The notes: generated by a model from the sequence alone, not told the origin. 64,000 bases of DNA from Candidatus Saccharimonadota bacterium (GCA_017510425.1 JAFWNJ010000002.1:5561-69560); one strand, 5' to 3'. Counted from the first letter of the stretch, positions 46,816 through 56,623 are shown. Translations and numbers: made by a program.

Positions 46816-47871
46816 TTATTTATTTTTAAGAACATATTTTGTCTCGTGGGTTTCGCCTATCATTTCTAGATAATCACTATCGACAAGTCCCTTGAGCCGC
46901 CTCTGAATGCTGCGACGGCCGATTTCGGGGATGATTTGCTCGGCTTCGGAAATATTGATTGAGCCGAATTTGGAAACGTAGCTTAAAATATCTTGATCTT
47001 CACGAGATAAATTATTAGTTTTGCTCTTTGGAAGAGCTAAATTGATCATTCTAATCTCCGCTTCTAGCACGTGCAGTGAAGTAAGGAATCCATCCGTGAA
47101 GTATTCTAACCATGGCGTGAGATCGGATTTGACAGAAAAGGCATAATTCTTGCCGTTTAGGAGTTGCAGAATTGCATAATAGGCTTTACGGTCAGATGCA
47201 TAATATGAATCGAGAACGAGGGAGCCTTTACAGTCATACTGATTAAGTGCGAGAAACAACGACGTGAGTGCGCGCGCCGTGCGGCCATTACCATCTGCAA
47301 AAGGATGAATGGCGGCAATGCGGAAATGAATAATAGCAGCAATAATAACTGGGTGAATGAAGAACTGGCTTTTCCTTACCCAATCGAGTAGCTCTTCGAG
47401 GGCTGGCTTAACTTTATCTGGAGCAATGGCAGTATAGACCACTTCATGGTCCTGGTTCTCGATATAAACTGGGTTCTGGCGAATCTTACCACTACGTGAT
47501 TTGCTAAGAAGCCGATCGGTAATAATTCGATGAAGCTCTAAAACATCTTCAAGGGTAATGTCGGAGCTGCCGTGACGGCGCTTATCAATATAATCGAGCG
47601 CGTTTTTGTAATTCTGCACCTCAATCTTAGCGTATTCTTCCTTGGTTAAGGCCCCGTCCGACGTGATGACAGCACGAACTTCGTTGGCACTTAGGGGATT
47701 ACCCTCAATGGATGTCGAACTATGGATAGACTCAACACTGGCGCGCAATCTGACCGAAGCTTCGACCTCTGGTAAAATACCACTGCCACGAATTTGATCT
47801 TTCAGTCTCTCGATTTCTTGAAGATTGCTACGAATCTTTTCATTAATAGTGTATTGTGGTATATAACTCAT
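46816..47871 (-). CDS. Fic family protein with C-terminal wHTH
   Basis: HPFADGNGRTAR catalytic motif; N-terminal STSIEGN inhibitory motif. Confidence 0.9.
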   Translation of the reverse strand: MSYIPQYTINEKIRSNLQEIERLKDQIRGSGILPEVEASVRLRASVESIHSSTSIEGNPLSANEVRAVITSDGALTKEEYAKIEVQNYKNALDYIDKRRHGSSDITLEDVLELHRIITDRLLSKSRSGKIRQNPVYIENQDHEVVYTAIAPDKVKPALEELLDWVRKSQFFIHPVIIAAIIHFRIAAIHPFADGNGRTARALTSLFLALNQYDCKGSLVLDSYYASDRKAYYAILQLLNGKNYAFSVKSDLTPWLEYFTDGFLTSLHVLEAEIRMINLALPKSKTNNLSREDQDILSYVSKFGSINISEAEQIIPEIGRRSIQRRLKGLVDSDYLEMIGETHETKYVLKNK

Positions 47872-47971
47872 GTTTATATTATATCACACTTTGACAATTT
47901 TGCGACAATTTTTGCGACATGTTTGCGACAAGCGACTTGAAGATGGGCCGCTTTATAGGGGTCGAAAGGAA

Positions 47972-49210
47972 TCAGAATTTCGAGAAAATTTTCTTAATGA
48001 AGCCCAGCGAATTAGAACCGGAGGATTTCTTACCCGATTTCTTGGGCTTCTTGCCGGGGGCGACGGATAATTCCCCGCTTTCGGCGGCAAGCATGGCGAG
48101 ACCGATGGCAGTGGCGAATTCGGGCTTCTCAACTGCTTCGGCGACACCGTCTAGCCCCTGCGGCACGCCGATTTTGACGGCGGCTTCGAGTGCTTCTTTA
48201 GCAAAGACATCGATATCGCGCATTTTGGCTCCACCACCTACGAGCACTATGCCCTCGGGCAGGCGCTGATCGTAATGGGCGGCTTTCAGCTTCTTACGGA
48301 TTTCGGCGAAGATTTCATCAAGACGAGCTTTCACGACCTCTTCGACCTCTTTGCGATCAAAGGTGCGTTCTGGGTTCTTCCCTACCTTGATGGCGAGGGA
48401 TTTCTCGGTACTAAAATCACCGGTGATGAAACGGGTTTTGATTTCCTCGGCTAACTCTGGGTCGATAGCAAGAACGATGGCAAGATCATTGGTAATATTA
48501 TTGGAACCAATCGGGATCACACCAACATATTGCAGGTCGCCTTCCTCGTAAATGGCAATGGAAGTAGTAGCGGCGCCGAAATCAACTACGGCAACACCGT
48601 TCTCCTTCTGCCTCTCGGTGAGGACGGCACGAGCAGCGGCGACAGGGCTGGGGATTAGCCTCATGGCCTGAACATCGGCAGCGGCGGTGGTCTTTTTCAG
48701 GTTCTCACAATTTGGCGTCAAAGCAGAAATAACATTAGCGCGGATTTCGAGACGAGCGCCGGACATGCCGAGGGGATCCTTGATGCCACCTTGGCCATCT
48801 AAAGCATATTCCAGAGGGACAACATCTAGTACATCACGATTGGCTGGAATGCGACCAGAAACAGCAACGCCTTCGACACGATCTAGGTCCTCGTCATTAA
48901 TCTCGTGCTCCACGGTGCCGACGGCAATCATGCCCTCGGTGTGAGTAGAAATCACGGTGGAACCATTGATAGAAACATAAGCACTACGCACATCATAACC
49001 ACCCATGCGCTCAGCATCGCCAAGCATACGGTCAATCGCACCAGCCGGACCAGCTAGATTGGCCGGGACTCCCTTACGCATGCCGGCAGATTTACCCTCG
49101 TTATAACCCACGATGGCAATCTCGCCATTCTTATTAACTGTAGCAATCACGGCGCGGACGTTCTCAGTACCGACGTCTAGGCCTGTAACAAAACGTTTAT
49201 TGTCATCCAT
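47972..49210 (-). CDS. ftsA: cell division protein FtsA
   Basis: GLDVGT, DPLGMSG.RLE, VVDFGAATT, GSNNITNDLA, VLVGGGAK. Confidence 0.93.
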   Translation of the reverse strand: MDDNKRFVTGLDVGTENVRAVIATVNKNGEIAIVGYNEGKSAGMRKGVPANLAGPAGAIDRMLGDAERMGGYDVRSAYVSINGSTVISTHTEGMIAVGTVEHEINDEDLDRVEGVAVSGRIPANRDVLDVVPLEYALDGQGGIKDPLGMSGARLEIRANVISALTPNCENLKKTTAAADVQAMRLIPSPVAAARAVLTERQKENGVAVVDFGAATTSIAIYEEGDLQYVGVIPIGSNNITNDLAIVLAIDPELAEEIKTRFITGDFSTEKSLAIKVGKNPERTFDRKEVEEVVKARLDEIFAEIRKKLKAAHYDQRLPEGIVLVGGGAKMRDIDVFAKEALEAAVKIGVPQGLDGVAEAVEKPEFATAIGLAMLAAESGELSVAPGKKPKKSGKKSSGSNSLGFIKKIFSKF

Positions 49211-49230
49211 AAGCTCATTATAACACACTC

Positions 49231-49265
49231 GGGCGGGTCCTGCTATATTTTCTTACCCCCAAATA
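49231..49265. repeat. truncated family A repeat
   Basis: gggcgggtcctgc...ttttcttaccccc left half only. Confidence 0.5.
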
Positions 49266-49275
49266 CGCCACTCTC

Positions 49276-50070
49276 CTAGTCTGGCTGGGTTAGGACTTCG
49301 TAGCCGTCATGGGTGACAAGAATGGTGTGCTCGCAGTGACAGCCGATAGAGCCATCCTTCATGCGGACGGTCCAGTTGCTGTCTTTATCGATGTAATTAG
49401 CTGGCTTACCAAGGCAGGACATCGGCTCAATACAAATTGTGTCGCCTTCAACTAGGACGTAGCCGTGGCCTTTCTTGCCGTAATTTGGCACTTCAGGAAA
49501 TTCGTGCATGGATTTACCGATACCGTGACCGATGTAATTCTCAATGACACCGAGATGGCCTTTCCTTAGAACCTGTTCGACGGCGTGACCGATATCGCCA
49601 ATGTGGGCACCGGGTTTTACCTGAGCGATTCCCTCCCACATGGAGGATTCGGTGACCGAAATCATCTTCTTCACGGCAGGGCTAGCTTTCTGCCCGACGA
49701 CCATGGTAAAAGCTGAATCGGTAAAATAACCCTGATAATATATGTCTAAATCGAAAGAGACTTTGTCGCCTTCCTCCAGTGGCTCGTCGGTGGGGGCGCC
49801 GTGAACGAGAGCATCATTAACCGAGATACAGATAGCGCCGGGAAATTCTTCCTCGAGCATATCATAGGCCACTCCGGCACCACGCTTCACAATTTCAGCG
49901 CGAACCCAAGCATCAATCTGCTTACCGGTCATGCCTGGCTTAACATAGGCTTTCAGATCTCTCAGGAGGTTACCTAGGATTTTGCCGCCTGCACGCATGG
50001 CGGAAATTTTGCGCTCAACATCAGCTCTCGATGCGGTGTCGAGATTGATAATTCCCTGCTTATTCGCCAT
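49276..50070 (-). CDS. map: methionine aminopeptidase type I
   Basis: CISVND..VHG, GHGIG..MHE, IEPM, HCEHT; start at MANKQG. Confidence 0.92.
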   Translation of the reverse strand: MANKQGIINLDTASRADVERKISAMRAGGKILGNLLRDLKAYVKPGMTGKQIDAWVRAEIVKRGAGVAYDMLEEEFPGAICISVNDALVHGAPTDEPLEEGDKVSFDLDIYYQGYFTDSAFTMVVGQKASPAVKKMISVTESSMWEGIAQVKPGAHIGDIGHAVEQVLRKGHLGVIENYIGHGIGKSMHEFPEVPNYGKKGHGYVLVEGDTICIEPMSCLGKPANYIDKDSNWTVRMKDGSIGCHCEHTILVTHDGYEVLTQPD

Positions 50071-50665
50071 AACTCTTCTCGATTTCCTCGCCGTTGACAT
50101 CCTGAGCCTGCTCGGTGGCGCTAGGATTTATCTCCTTGACCACGGCAACAAGGCGAGCGGTGACTTCTTCGACGGTGCCGACACCATCTACACGCCTTAC
50201 TGGTATGTTCTTAGCCTCAAGTATTGGCAGGATGGAGCCAATGTTCTCATCAAAAATCGCAAAACGGCGATCGATGGACTCCTTCTCCTTATCATCCTCG
50301 CGACCTTCGAATTCAGAGCGAAGCCTCAAGCGCTCGTAGAGTTCCTCTTTTGGCACTTCGAGAATGATGGCGCCGTCAATTTTATCCGCCATGTGTTCCG
50401 AAATGTATTCTGCTTGAGATTTGTCACGTGGATAGCCGTCCAAAATAACGTCGAAGCCCTCCTTCTCGGCCTTCTCAATTTGCTTATTCATTAGCTTAAT
50501 CACGTCCTCATCTGGAATCAGTTCGCCACGATTGACAATGTCATCGTACTCGCCCGTCTCGCGAATGACTTGCCCCACGGAAAGGGTGCGCCAGCCGAAT
50601 ATCTCGGACAAGGCTTTGCCCTGCGTGCCTTTGCCAGAACCTGCTAAACCAAATAATATAATCAT
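50060..50665 (-). CDS. adk: adenylate kinase family protein
   Basis: GLAGSGKGTQ, GELIPD, LDGYPR. Confidence 0.85.
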   Translation of the reverse strand: MIILFGLAGSGKGTQGKALSEIFGWRTLSVGQVIRETGEYDDIVNRGELIPDEDVIKLMNKQIEKAEKEGFDVILDGYPRDKSQAEYISEHMADKIDGAIILEVPKEELYERLRLRSEFEGREDDKEKESIDRRFAIFDENIGSILPILEAKNIPVRRVDGVGTVEEVTARLVAVVKEINPSATEQAQDVNGEEIEKSYGE

Positions 50666-50722
50666 GTTGTCTCCTTTTCTAAATTATAGCACAAAAATCT
50701 CCCCTATGTGTGGGGGAGATTC

Positions 50723-50941
50723 TTACTTAAGTCCTAACTTAATGCGTTCGGTCTTCTCGGCCTTGCGGGCTTCGCGAATGATGGCCTTAATGCGGCGCTC
50801 ACGTTTCGACATAGGCTTGGCGAAGCGCATTTGCGACTTCTTAAGGGGCATCATGCCACTCTGAAGGACTTTGCGGTTGAAGCGACGAATGATGTTCTCA
50901 TTGGCTTCACCCTGATCTTTTCTTGTTACTTTAATAGCCAT
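50723..50941 (-). CDS. rpsU: 30S ribosomal protein S21-like
   Basis: ENIIRRFNRKVLQSG...FAKPMSKRERR. Confidence 0.7.
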   Translation of the reverse strand: MAIKVTRKDQGEANENIIRRFNRKVLQSGMMPLKKSQMRFAKPMSKRERRIKAIIREARKAEKTERIKLGLK

Positions 50942-50991
50942 ACTGAGTATTATTATAGCACAGATGGGGAGGGGTGGCAAGAGGGGGCAAT

Positions 50992-51111
50992 GACGAGTCA
51001 GTCCTTTTGCTAAAGCAAAAGGACACCGGACTGCCTTGCTCGAAGTATCGGAAACAAGTTTCCGATATTTACTCGCTGCGTTGTCCGGGCGAACTTCGTT
51101 CGTGACTCGTC
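50992..51111. repeat. multibranch palindromic element downstream of tRNA-Asp
   Basis: gacgagtca/tgactcgtc outer arms; inner hairpins with gctaaagc, aaacaagttt and acttcgt loops. Confidence 0.6.
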
Positions 51112-51162
51112 TGATTCGTTAGGAAAATAAATTAAGACCCAAAGGGTCTTATTTTATTTTCC

Positions 51163-51239
51163 TGGCGGATCCGACGAGACTCGAACTCGCGACCTCTGCC
51201 GTGACAGGGCAGCGCTCTAACCAACTGAGCTACGAATCC
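51163..51239 (-). tRNA. tRNA-Asp(GTC)
   Basis: GGATTCGTAGCTCAGTTGGTTAGAGC.CTGCC-CT-GTC-AC-GGCAG...GAGTTCGAGTCTC...CCA. Confidence 0.95.
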
Positions 51240-51318
51240 ACTATGTGCACTATTATAGCGCATTTCCAATGCGAGCGCAAGAGCTGCAGAGAAGCTATTT
51301 ACGTAATAAAGCGATTAT

Positions 51319-53283
51319 CTACATGCCAGGGATCTTGAAGGCGCTAGGGTCGGAGACTTGAGGATGATAAACCTGGTCCTGCATGGCAGGCTGAGAGCCT
51401 AGCGGCTCTGTGGTCGGCTCCTCGACCGGAAGAGACGGCTCAATCGGTGAGGTCGGTTCTACAGTTGGGAGGGATGGTTCAATCGAAGGGGTTGACTCCA
51501 CAATTGGGAGGATTGGCTCAATCGGCGGGGTTGGTGGCGGCGGAAGAACCTCGTCCTCAGGCAGTGGCATGTAATTAATATCAGGAACACCGTTAATCTC
51601 TGGGGCGGAAGCTGCCATCGGGGTATTGATGGTAGCTGGATTAGATTCTATGGAATCAGTGTTACCTGAAATGCCGGATTCATTGATGGCATCTTCAAGC
51701 ATTTTACCGTATTTCTCGGTGTCTTCTGGCGACATGGTGGTGCCAAAATCGGCAGAAGGAGTGATAACTTTTTCGGTTTTAACACTTGTATCAATGTCAC
51801 TATCGGAAGGCTCTACTTCCGGGGTGGAGGTAGACTCGGTCGGCAAAGAAGACTCATCTACAGTAGGCATGCTGACTGAGGCGAGTGGCTCTGCCGGAGA
51901 GGATGGTTCTGACGATGTGGTAGGTTCTTCAATGGGTTCTGAGAGTAGCTCATCTTGCTTGGCTGTGAAATCTTCTGGTGACATAGAGTCGGCACTATCG
52001 ATCTTGACTGGACGATTGGATAAATCAGGCGTGGTCTCGGTACCGGCTTGAGCTAGGCTGGCTTCTGCAGCTTTGAGATCCTCAAGCAAAGTAGATTCCT
52101 TCTCGGTGACTTCGCCACTAACTTCTTTGGTCTCGTCTACGCCCTTTTCATTACCATGCTTGATGTCTAACTTGGTAGGATCATTGTCTTTAATCTCAGT
52201 GGCCTCGCTGAGCGAACCGCTACCGATTAAGGAATAGAGTTCGTTATCAACATCTGGCGTGATGTTCTTGGAAATTAACTGCTGGTTAGCGCCAGAACGC
52301 ATGAGACGAGATGAGAGCTGCATAGTCTCCGGAGTAGTCTGAGCATTAGAGAAGCGATTAGTCGCTGCGACGATACCGGTCAAGAATGCCGTAGCTTCTT
52401 CCTTGCCAATCTCAATGTCGCTCTTCACGGAATAAAGTAGCTTGGCAATCATTTCAGAGACTGAGCTGGCTCTCTTGTCGCTCCATTCAATCTCACCGAA
52501 TTTACCTGGATTACCAGTAGTAATATTAATAATAATAGCATCGTGCATGATTCGTCCGTGCTCGCGAAGAGCAGAGTCGAGATCAATGCCGTTGGCAACA
52601 TCTAGGGCTAGGACTAGGTCAACATTGAAATCGCCATACGAGAATTCTAGATCATCCTGAGAAATCTTCGCACTATACGGAGTAATATAAATCTTCACAT
52701 AGTCCCCGTCCAATTTGTAACGAAGATGGTCGGCTTTTTCCTTATTGAGGGCAATCACGAAATCTTGCAAAGCATCGGCCGTGGGTTCGAAAGTCTCCTC
52801 GGGCTTTAGGAATTCGAGAGCATTGGGAGTGGTGCCGGAATAAATAGCTGTGGCTCTTTTGCCCAGACGATCCAAATACAGTGAGAGACCAATTGCGGCA
52901 GCCATCTCGTCAACCGATGGGTCGCTCGATAGGGCGATCAAAACATTGTGAGACTCGCTAATCTTCCTAGCTACCTCTGAATAAATCTCAGGGATTGGTC
53001 CATCCGAAATCGGAGCAGTCAAATCTTGATCATTAAATACTGGCGCTGCAGGCTGAGGCATAGAATCATCTACTACTGGCTGGACTGGAGGCGTGGCCTG
53101 GATAGGCACATCAGTAGGAGTAGACGAGGACATAGGTATATCAACTGGCGGGATTGGGGCTTGTGTCGTATCCGAAACTGAAGCATCCGATATCGGCGCA
53201 TCCGGATCAACAACTGGTGGCATGACGTCATCAGGCCTACTGGCTGGCGGTGTAGATGTGGTGTATGTGTTATCTTCTGGCAT
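51319..53283 (-). CDS. DHH/NrnA-like domain protein with long Pro/Glu/Ser-rich disordered termini
   Basis: PSVDEMAAAIGL, SSVSEMI, FLTGIVAATNRF; canonical DHH residues absent. Confidence 0.65.
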   Translation of the reverse strand: MPEDNTYTTSTPPASRPDDVMPPVVDPDAPISDASVSDTTQAPIPPVDIPMSSSTPTDVPIQATPPVQPVVDDSMPQPAAPVFNDQDLTAPISDGPIPEIYSEVARKISESHNVLIALSSDPSVDEMAAAIGLSLYLDRLGKRATAIYSGTTPNALEFLKPEETFEPTADALQDFVIALNKEKADHLRYKLDGDYVKIYITPYSAKISQDDLEFSYGDFNVDLVLALDVANGIDLDSALREHGRIMHDAIIINITTGNPGKFGEIEWSDKRASSVSEMIAKLLYSVKSDIEIGKEEATAFLTGIVAATNRFSNAQTTPETMQLSSRLMRSGANQQLISKNITPDVDNELYSLIGSGSLSEATEIKDNDPTKLDIKHGNEKGVDETKEVSGEVTEKESTLLEDLKAAEASLAQAGTETTPDLSNRPVKIDSADSMSPEDFTAKQDELLSEPIEEPTTSSEPSSPAEPLASVSMPTVDESSLPTESTSTPEVEPSDSDIDTSVKTEKVITPSADFGTTMSPEDTEKYGKMLEDAINESGISGNTDSIESNPATINTPMAASAPEINGVPDINYMPLPEDEVLPPPPTPPIEPILPIVESTPSIEPSLPTVEPTSPIEPSLPVEEPTTEPLGSQPAMQDQVYHPQVSDPSAFKIPGM

Positions 53284-53347
53284 AGTTATACCTTTCCATG
53301 TTTATATGTTAGCATAAGCTGATAAAATTCGCAACATAATTCTATTT

Positions 53348-53481
53348 CAATATCATCAACTTAAGCATGCCCAACAACAAAGTACTTTCAGGACACGCTC
53401 CGGGCCGCTCAGGCCAAGTCTTCATGTTCCTGAAAGTACTTTGTCTGTTGGGCTTAAAGTATGCTTAAGTTGGTGATATTG
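53348..53481. repeat. long hairpin repeat family C, copy 3
   Basis: Near-identical to 26821-26954 with compensatory changes in the outer stem. Confidence 0.85.
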
Positions 53482-53557
53482 ATTCTACTTTACTTTTTAG
53501 GGGAAATGATGTATAATGTGGACAAGATATTAATTTTTAATCTAAATAGGAAGTTAA

Positions 53558-53806
53558 ATGCCGATTATTAAATCCGCCAAGAAGGCTGCAAGACAAGCTG
53601 ACAAGCGCACTGCTCACAATGCTGAGATTAAGAAGGATATTAAGGCTGCCGTAAAAGCTTTCAAGGACAAGCCCACGGCTAAGAATCTAGCGAAAGTACA
53701 GTCTGAATATGACAAGGCAGTGAAGAAGGATCTCCTTAAGAAGAACACCGTGAGCCGCCGCAAAGCTAAGCTTCATGCCATACTGAAAGCCAGCAAACAG
53801 AAATAA
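53558..53806 (+). CDS. rpsT: 30S ribosomal protein S20
   Basis: MPIIKSAKKAARQ...DKAVKK...KNTVSRRKAKL. Confidence 0.93.
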   Translation: MPIIKSAKKAARQADKRTAHNAEIKKDIKAAVKAFKDKPTAKNLAKVQSEYDKAVKKDLLKKNTVSRRKAKLHAILKASKQK

Positions 53807-53808
53807 TC

Positions 53809-53833
53809 AATAAGCCTTCGGGCTTATTTTTTT
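53809..53833 (+). terminator. intrinsic terminator after rpsT
   Basis: aataagcc-ttcg-ggcttatt followed by a T run. Confidence 0.8.
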
Positions 53834-53859
53834 GTCGGAATTAGTAACGATTCAGGCAA

Positions 53860-54474
53860 TTAACCATTAATAATGCTGTTAAGACGAAGCAGGAATGATT
53901 CGACGAGCAGCCACGGGTCGAGCTGGGTAGATTTCATTTGAAGGTCGACTTTAGCTAGTTCCTTCAGAACTCGCTTTTCTTTGATTCCCTGGTGCGCCTG
54001 ATAGTCTTTAATGGCCTGCGAGACAATGAGGCCAAAGAACATAATCGGGTCTTCTTCGGATTTTAGGCCTGACAAGGTCTGCACAGCTTTCTCGCCGTTA
54101 GTCTTTGCGATTTTGTAAATGTCAAAAACGAGCCTGAGATTCGGATTCTTCGGCATGGTGAATTCTTTGATTTCGATTTTACCCTTGATGGCTTTATAGG
54201 CGGCGGAGCGCTTGTCTAGCTTTAACTCCAGGATAATGATGTTATGTGGGGTGTCGGTATAATCTGGGAGTTTTTCGAATGCGGGTTTGTTTTCGCTGAG
54301 ATCGCGGATGAGGATATTGCGAGTGCTAGCAAATAAAGTGTTACCCTTAAAAATACTGGGCAGGTCGCTCGGTTCAAGAGTGGCCCCCTCAATAACTTCG
54401 TAATCTGGGCCAAGTAGCTTGACAATCTCGGCCTTAGCCCGAATGCGATCGTCGCCAGTAAAAATCTTAAGCAT
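53860..54474 (-). CDS. holA: DNA polymerase III delta subunit-like (short)
   Basis: LDKRS, FDI, LAKVDLQMKS...DPWLLVE; convergent with rpsT, a common holA neighbour. Confidence 0.6.
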   Translation of the reverse strand: MLKIFTGDDRIRAKAEIVKLLGPDYEVIEGATLEPSDLPSIFKGNTLFASTRNILIRDLSENKPAFEKLPDYTDTPHNIIILELKLDKRSAAYKAIKGKIEIKEFTMPKNPNLRLVFDIYKIAKTNGEKAVQTLSGLKSEEDPIMFFGLIVSQAIKDYQAHQGIKEKRVLKELAKVDLQMKSTQLDPWLLVESFLLRLNSIING

Positions 54475-55327
54475 GTGAATCCTTTAATTGACAGTGGGGG
54501 CACACGTGGGTGCCGCGACCGGCAACTCGAATTTTAATGATTTTATGACCACATCTAGGACAGGGCTGGCCTTCTTTACGAAACACCTGGGCGAATTTTT
54601 CTAAATAGTCGCCCTTGGTCCCGTCGGCCTTAACATAGGTGGCCATGGTGGAACCGCCCGAATTAATGGATTCTTCCATCACTCTTCGCGCAGATTCTAG
54701 AATGGCTCTGGCTTCCTCTGCTGTGATGGAACCAGATTTGCGCTCGGGGTGGATACCGGCAGCAAACAGAGCCTCGTCGGCATAAATATTGCCGAGACCG
54801 CAAATGATGGTCTGGTCAAGCAGGGTCGCTTTGATACAAGATTTCTGGTGCTTCTGCAATCTGGAATATAGCTCTTCCACCGTCATCTGCCAAGGTTCTG
54901 GAGCAAGTTTACGAATGAAGGGATCACTTGAGATTTCGCTCGCAGGCAAGACTTTGATAAAGCCAAATTTGCGCTGGTCGTTGAAATAAAGAACTCCGTC
55001 ATTAAAGGCGATGATCACGCGCGTTTGCTTGTTGGGCAGATTGGCTACAAAGTTCTCGCTAGGGTGCCCTGCAGCATAGCGCTCTTTACCATCATAAATC
55101 AGCTGCCCGGTCATGCGCAAATGAATCATGAGCGAGATGCCATTATCTAGATCAATGATCAGCGCCTTGCCAAAGCGCTTTAGTGAGGTTACCTTGTGCT
55201 CCTCGACCTGAGTTTGGTCACCCTGAAAGGATTTGGTGCAAAGGACCTCGATTTTAGTAATTGATTTCTGGAGGATAAATTTCGACAGGCCGCGACGAAT
55301 GGTTTCTACCTCTGGTAGCTCAGGCAT
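54467..55327 (-). CDS. mutM: formamidopyrimidine-DNA glycosylase
   Basis: MPELPEVET, HLRMTG, DQRKFG, GLGNIYADE, CPRC...CPHCQ. Confidence 0.96.
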   Translation of the reverse strand: MPELPEVETIRRGLSKFILQKSITKIEVLCTKSFQGDQTQVEEHKVTSLKRFGKALIIDLDNGISLMIHLRMTGQLIYDGKERYAAGHPSENFVANLPNKQTRVIIAFNDGVLYFNDQRKFGFIKVLPASEISSDPFIRKLAPEPWQMTVEELYSRLQKHQKSCIKATLLDQTIICGLGNIYADEALFAAGIHPERKSGSITAEEARAILESARRVMEESINSGGSTMATYVKADGTKGDYLEKFAQVFRKEGQPCPRCGHKIIKIRVAGRGTHVCPHCQLKDSHA

Positions 55328-55967
55328 AGTTCCCTCCCAAGTAGTCGTGCGTGAAGCTCTCTAGCATATCTTCCATAAGTTCGTCTAGGCGCTTCTCGGT
55401 GTAAAAGATGTATTTTGCGTTCTTCATGACAGAGCTGAATTTCTCATCTTTTAAGATGCGCTCTACGTCAACAATGTCATCGGGAGTGATGTCGACAGCG
55501 GCGATTTTGTTGGCGCAAGAGGCTAAGTGTTTTAATTCGGGGTTTTTTACACCAAGGTAATGATGGAACTTAGTGTCGTATAGCCAGAAATCGTGATGTT
55601 TGATTTCGCTCTTCTCCTCATGGCTGAGCCCTTCGCCTAGCTTGTGTCTTTTAATGGTGCGATAAAAATCATAATTAAAAAACCCATCAGTGTACAGATG
55701 AAAAATATACCCTAAGAAGATTGGCTCTTTTTGATCAATCCTGGCTTTGTTCTCGGCATAGAAATTCAGGGATGATTTTTGGTCGAAAGCGTAATGGGTC
55801 TCCTCGTGGTATTTTTTAATCTTTACATTGTTAATATAACCATTATTAATGTCTGGTAAGAGGCACCCCAATAAAAATTCCTTCCGTTTAAGACCGGAGA
55901 GTTTCATAGAATCGGCAAGGCGATTCCCCGCTTCCAGATGAATGTTCCAACTTGGCATTGATTTCAT
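55320..55967 (-). CDS. zinc-dependent phospholipase C-like hypothetical protein
   Basis: MPSWNIH, FLLGCLLPD, THY, GYIFHLYTD. Confidence 0.55.
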   Translation of the reverse strand: MKSMPSWNIHLEAGNRLADSMKLSGLKRKEFLLGCLLPDINNGYINNVKIKKYHEETHYAFDQKSSLNFYAENKARIDQKEPIFLGYIFHLYTDGFFNYDFYRTIKRHKLGEGLSHEEKSEIKHHDFWLYDTKFHHYLGVKNPELKHLASCANKIAAVDITPDDIVDVERILKDEKFSSVMKNAKYIFYTEKRLDELMEDMLESFTHDYLGGNYA

Positions 55968-55995
55968 TATAGCATAATAGATAAAATTGTGGAAA

Positions 55996-56051
55996 ACTCC
56001 ATATTTAGTGTGAAAAAGGTCTTGACTCCCACTAAATGTGGGGTTTATAAT
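55996..56051 (+). promoter_or_regulatory. tandem NrdR boxes overlapping a sigma70 promoter
   Basis: actccatatttagtgt (55996) and ccactaaatgtggggt (56029) fit acaCwAtATaTwGtgt; TTGACT-N18-TATAAT. Confidence 0.7.
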
Positions 56052-56182
56052 GATTTCAGGTAATGCTTATAAACAATTAAAAGTGCCGGAATGATAAATA
56101 CTAATTCGTGTAGCTAGTCTATATGATTGATAGGTAGTCGCTAAATTAGTAAATCGGAACGTCAACACAAGAAAGGAAAACC

Positions 56183-56620
56183 ATGAAGAAAATAATCTAT
56201 CGCAACCAAAATGAAATTGAAAATTTTGATATGAAGAGATTTTTGAAATCTTTGTCTAAGTACGCTAAGGTTTCGGAAAAAGATGCTAAGGCGGTCCTAG
56301 CTGACTACGATCAGTATGAGACAATGCACGTATCGTGTTTGGTTGAAGTGGGCATGAAGCTGATTGGCGCTAAGGCGGGCGATGCGGCAATGAAAGAGTA
56401 TTTCGATGAGCATGCTGACTGGTTCGAAGAAGGCAAATTCGAGAGACTACGCAGAATTACGGGGTATCTAGTAGGGACTTTAGACCGTTGGAACGATGCC
56501 AAGAAGGCTGAAGAGAAGGCCCGCGTAAAACATTCTGTCAATTCTTCGGTCAACGATGCAGAGAGGCTGGCTGCACTTGAAGTGCAAGCTATGGAGCATA
56601 ACCTAGCCTACGCACAATAG
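56183..56620 (+). CDS. stand-alone NrdD-type glycyl-radical C-terminal domain protein
   Basis: FERLRRITGYLVG...WNDAKKAEEKARVKH matches the class III RNR C-terminus; NrdR boxes upstream. Confidence 0.75.
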   Translation: MKKIIYRNQNEIENFDMKRFLKSLSKYAKVSEKDAKAVLADYDQYETMHVSCLVEVGMKLIGAKAGDAAMKEYFDEHADWFEEGKFERLRRITGYLVGTLDRWNDAKKAEEKARVKHSVNSSVNDAERLAALEVQAMEHNLAYAQ

Positions 56621-56623
56621 TCA

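Noticed and set aside
38385-47971. Prophage-borne DGR
   Set aside because: No phage structural, terminase or integrase genes; the target has a signal peptide typical of a cellular surface protein
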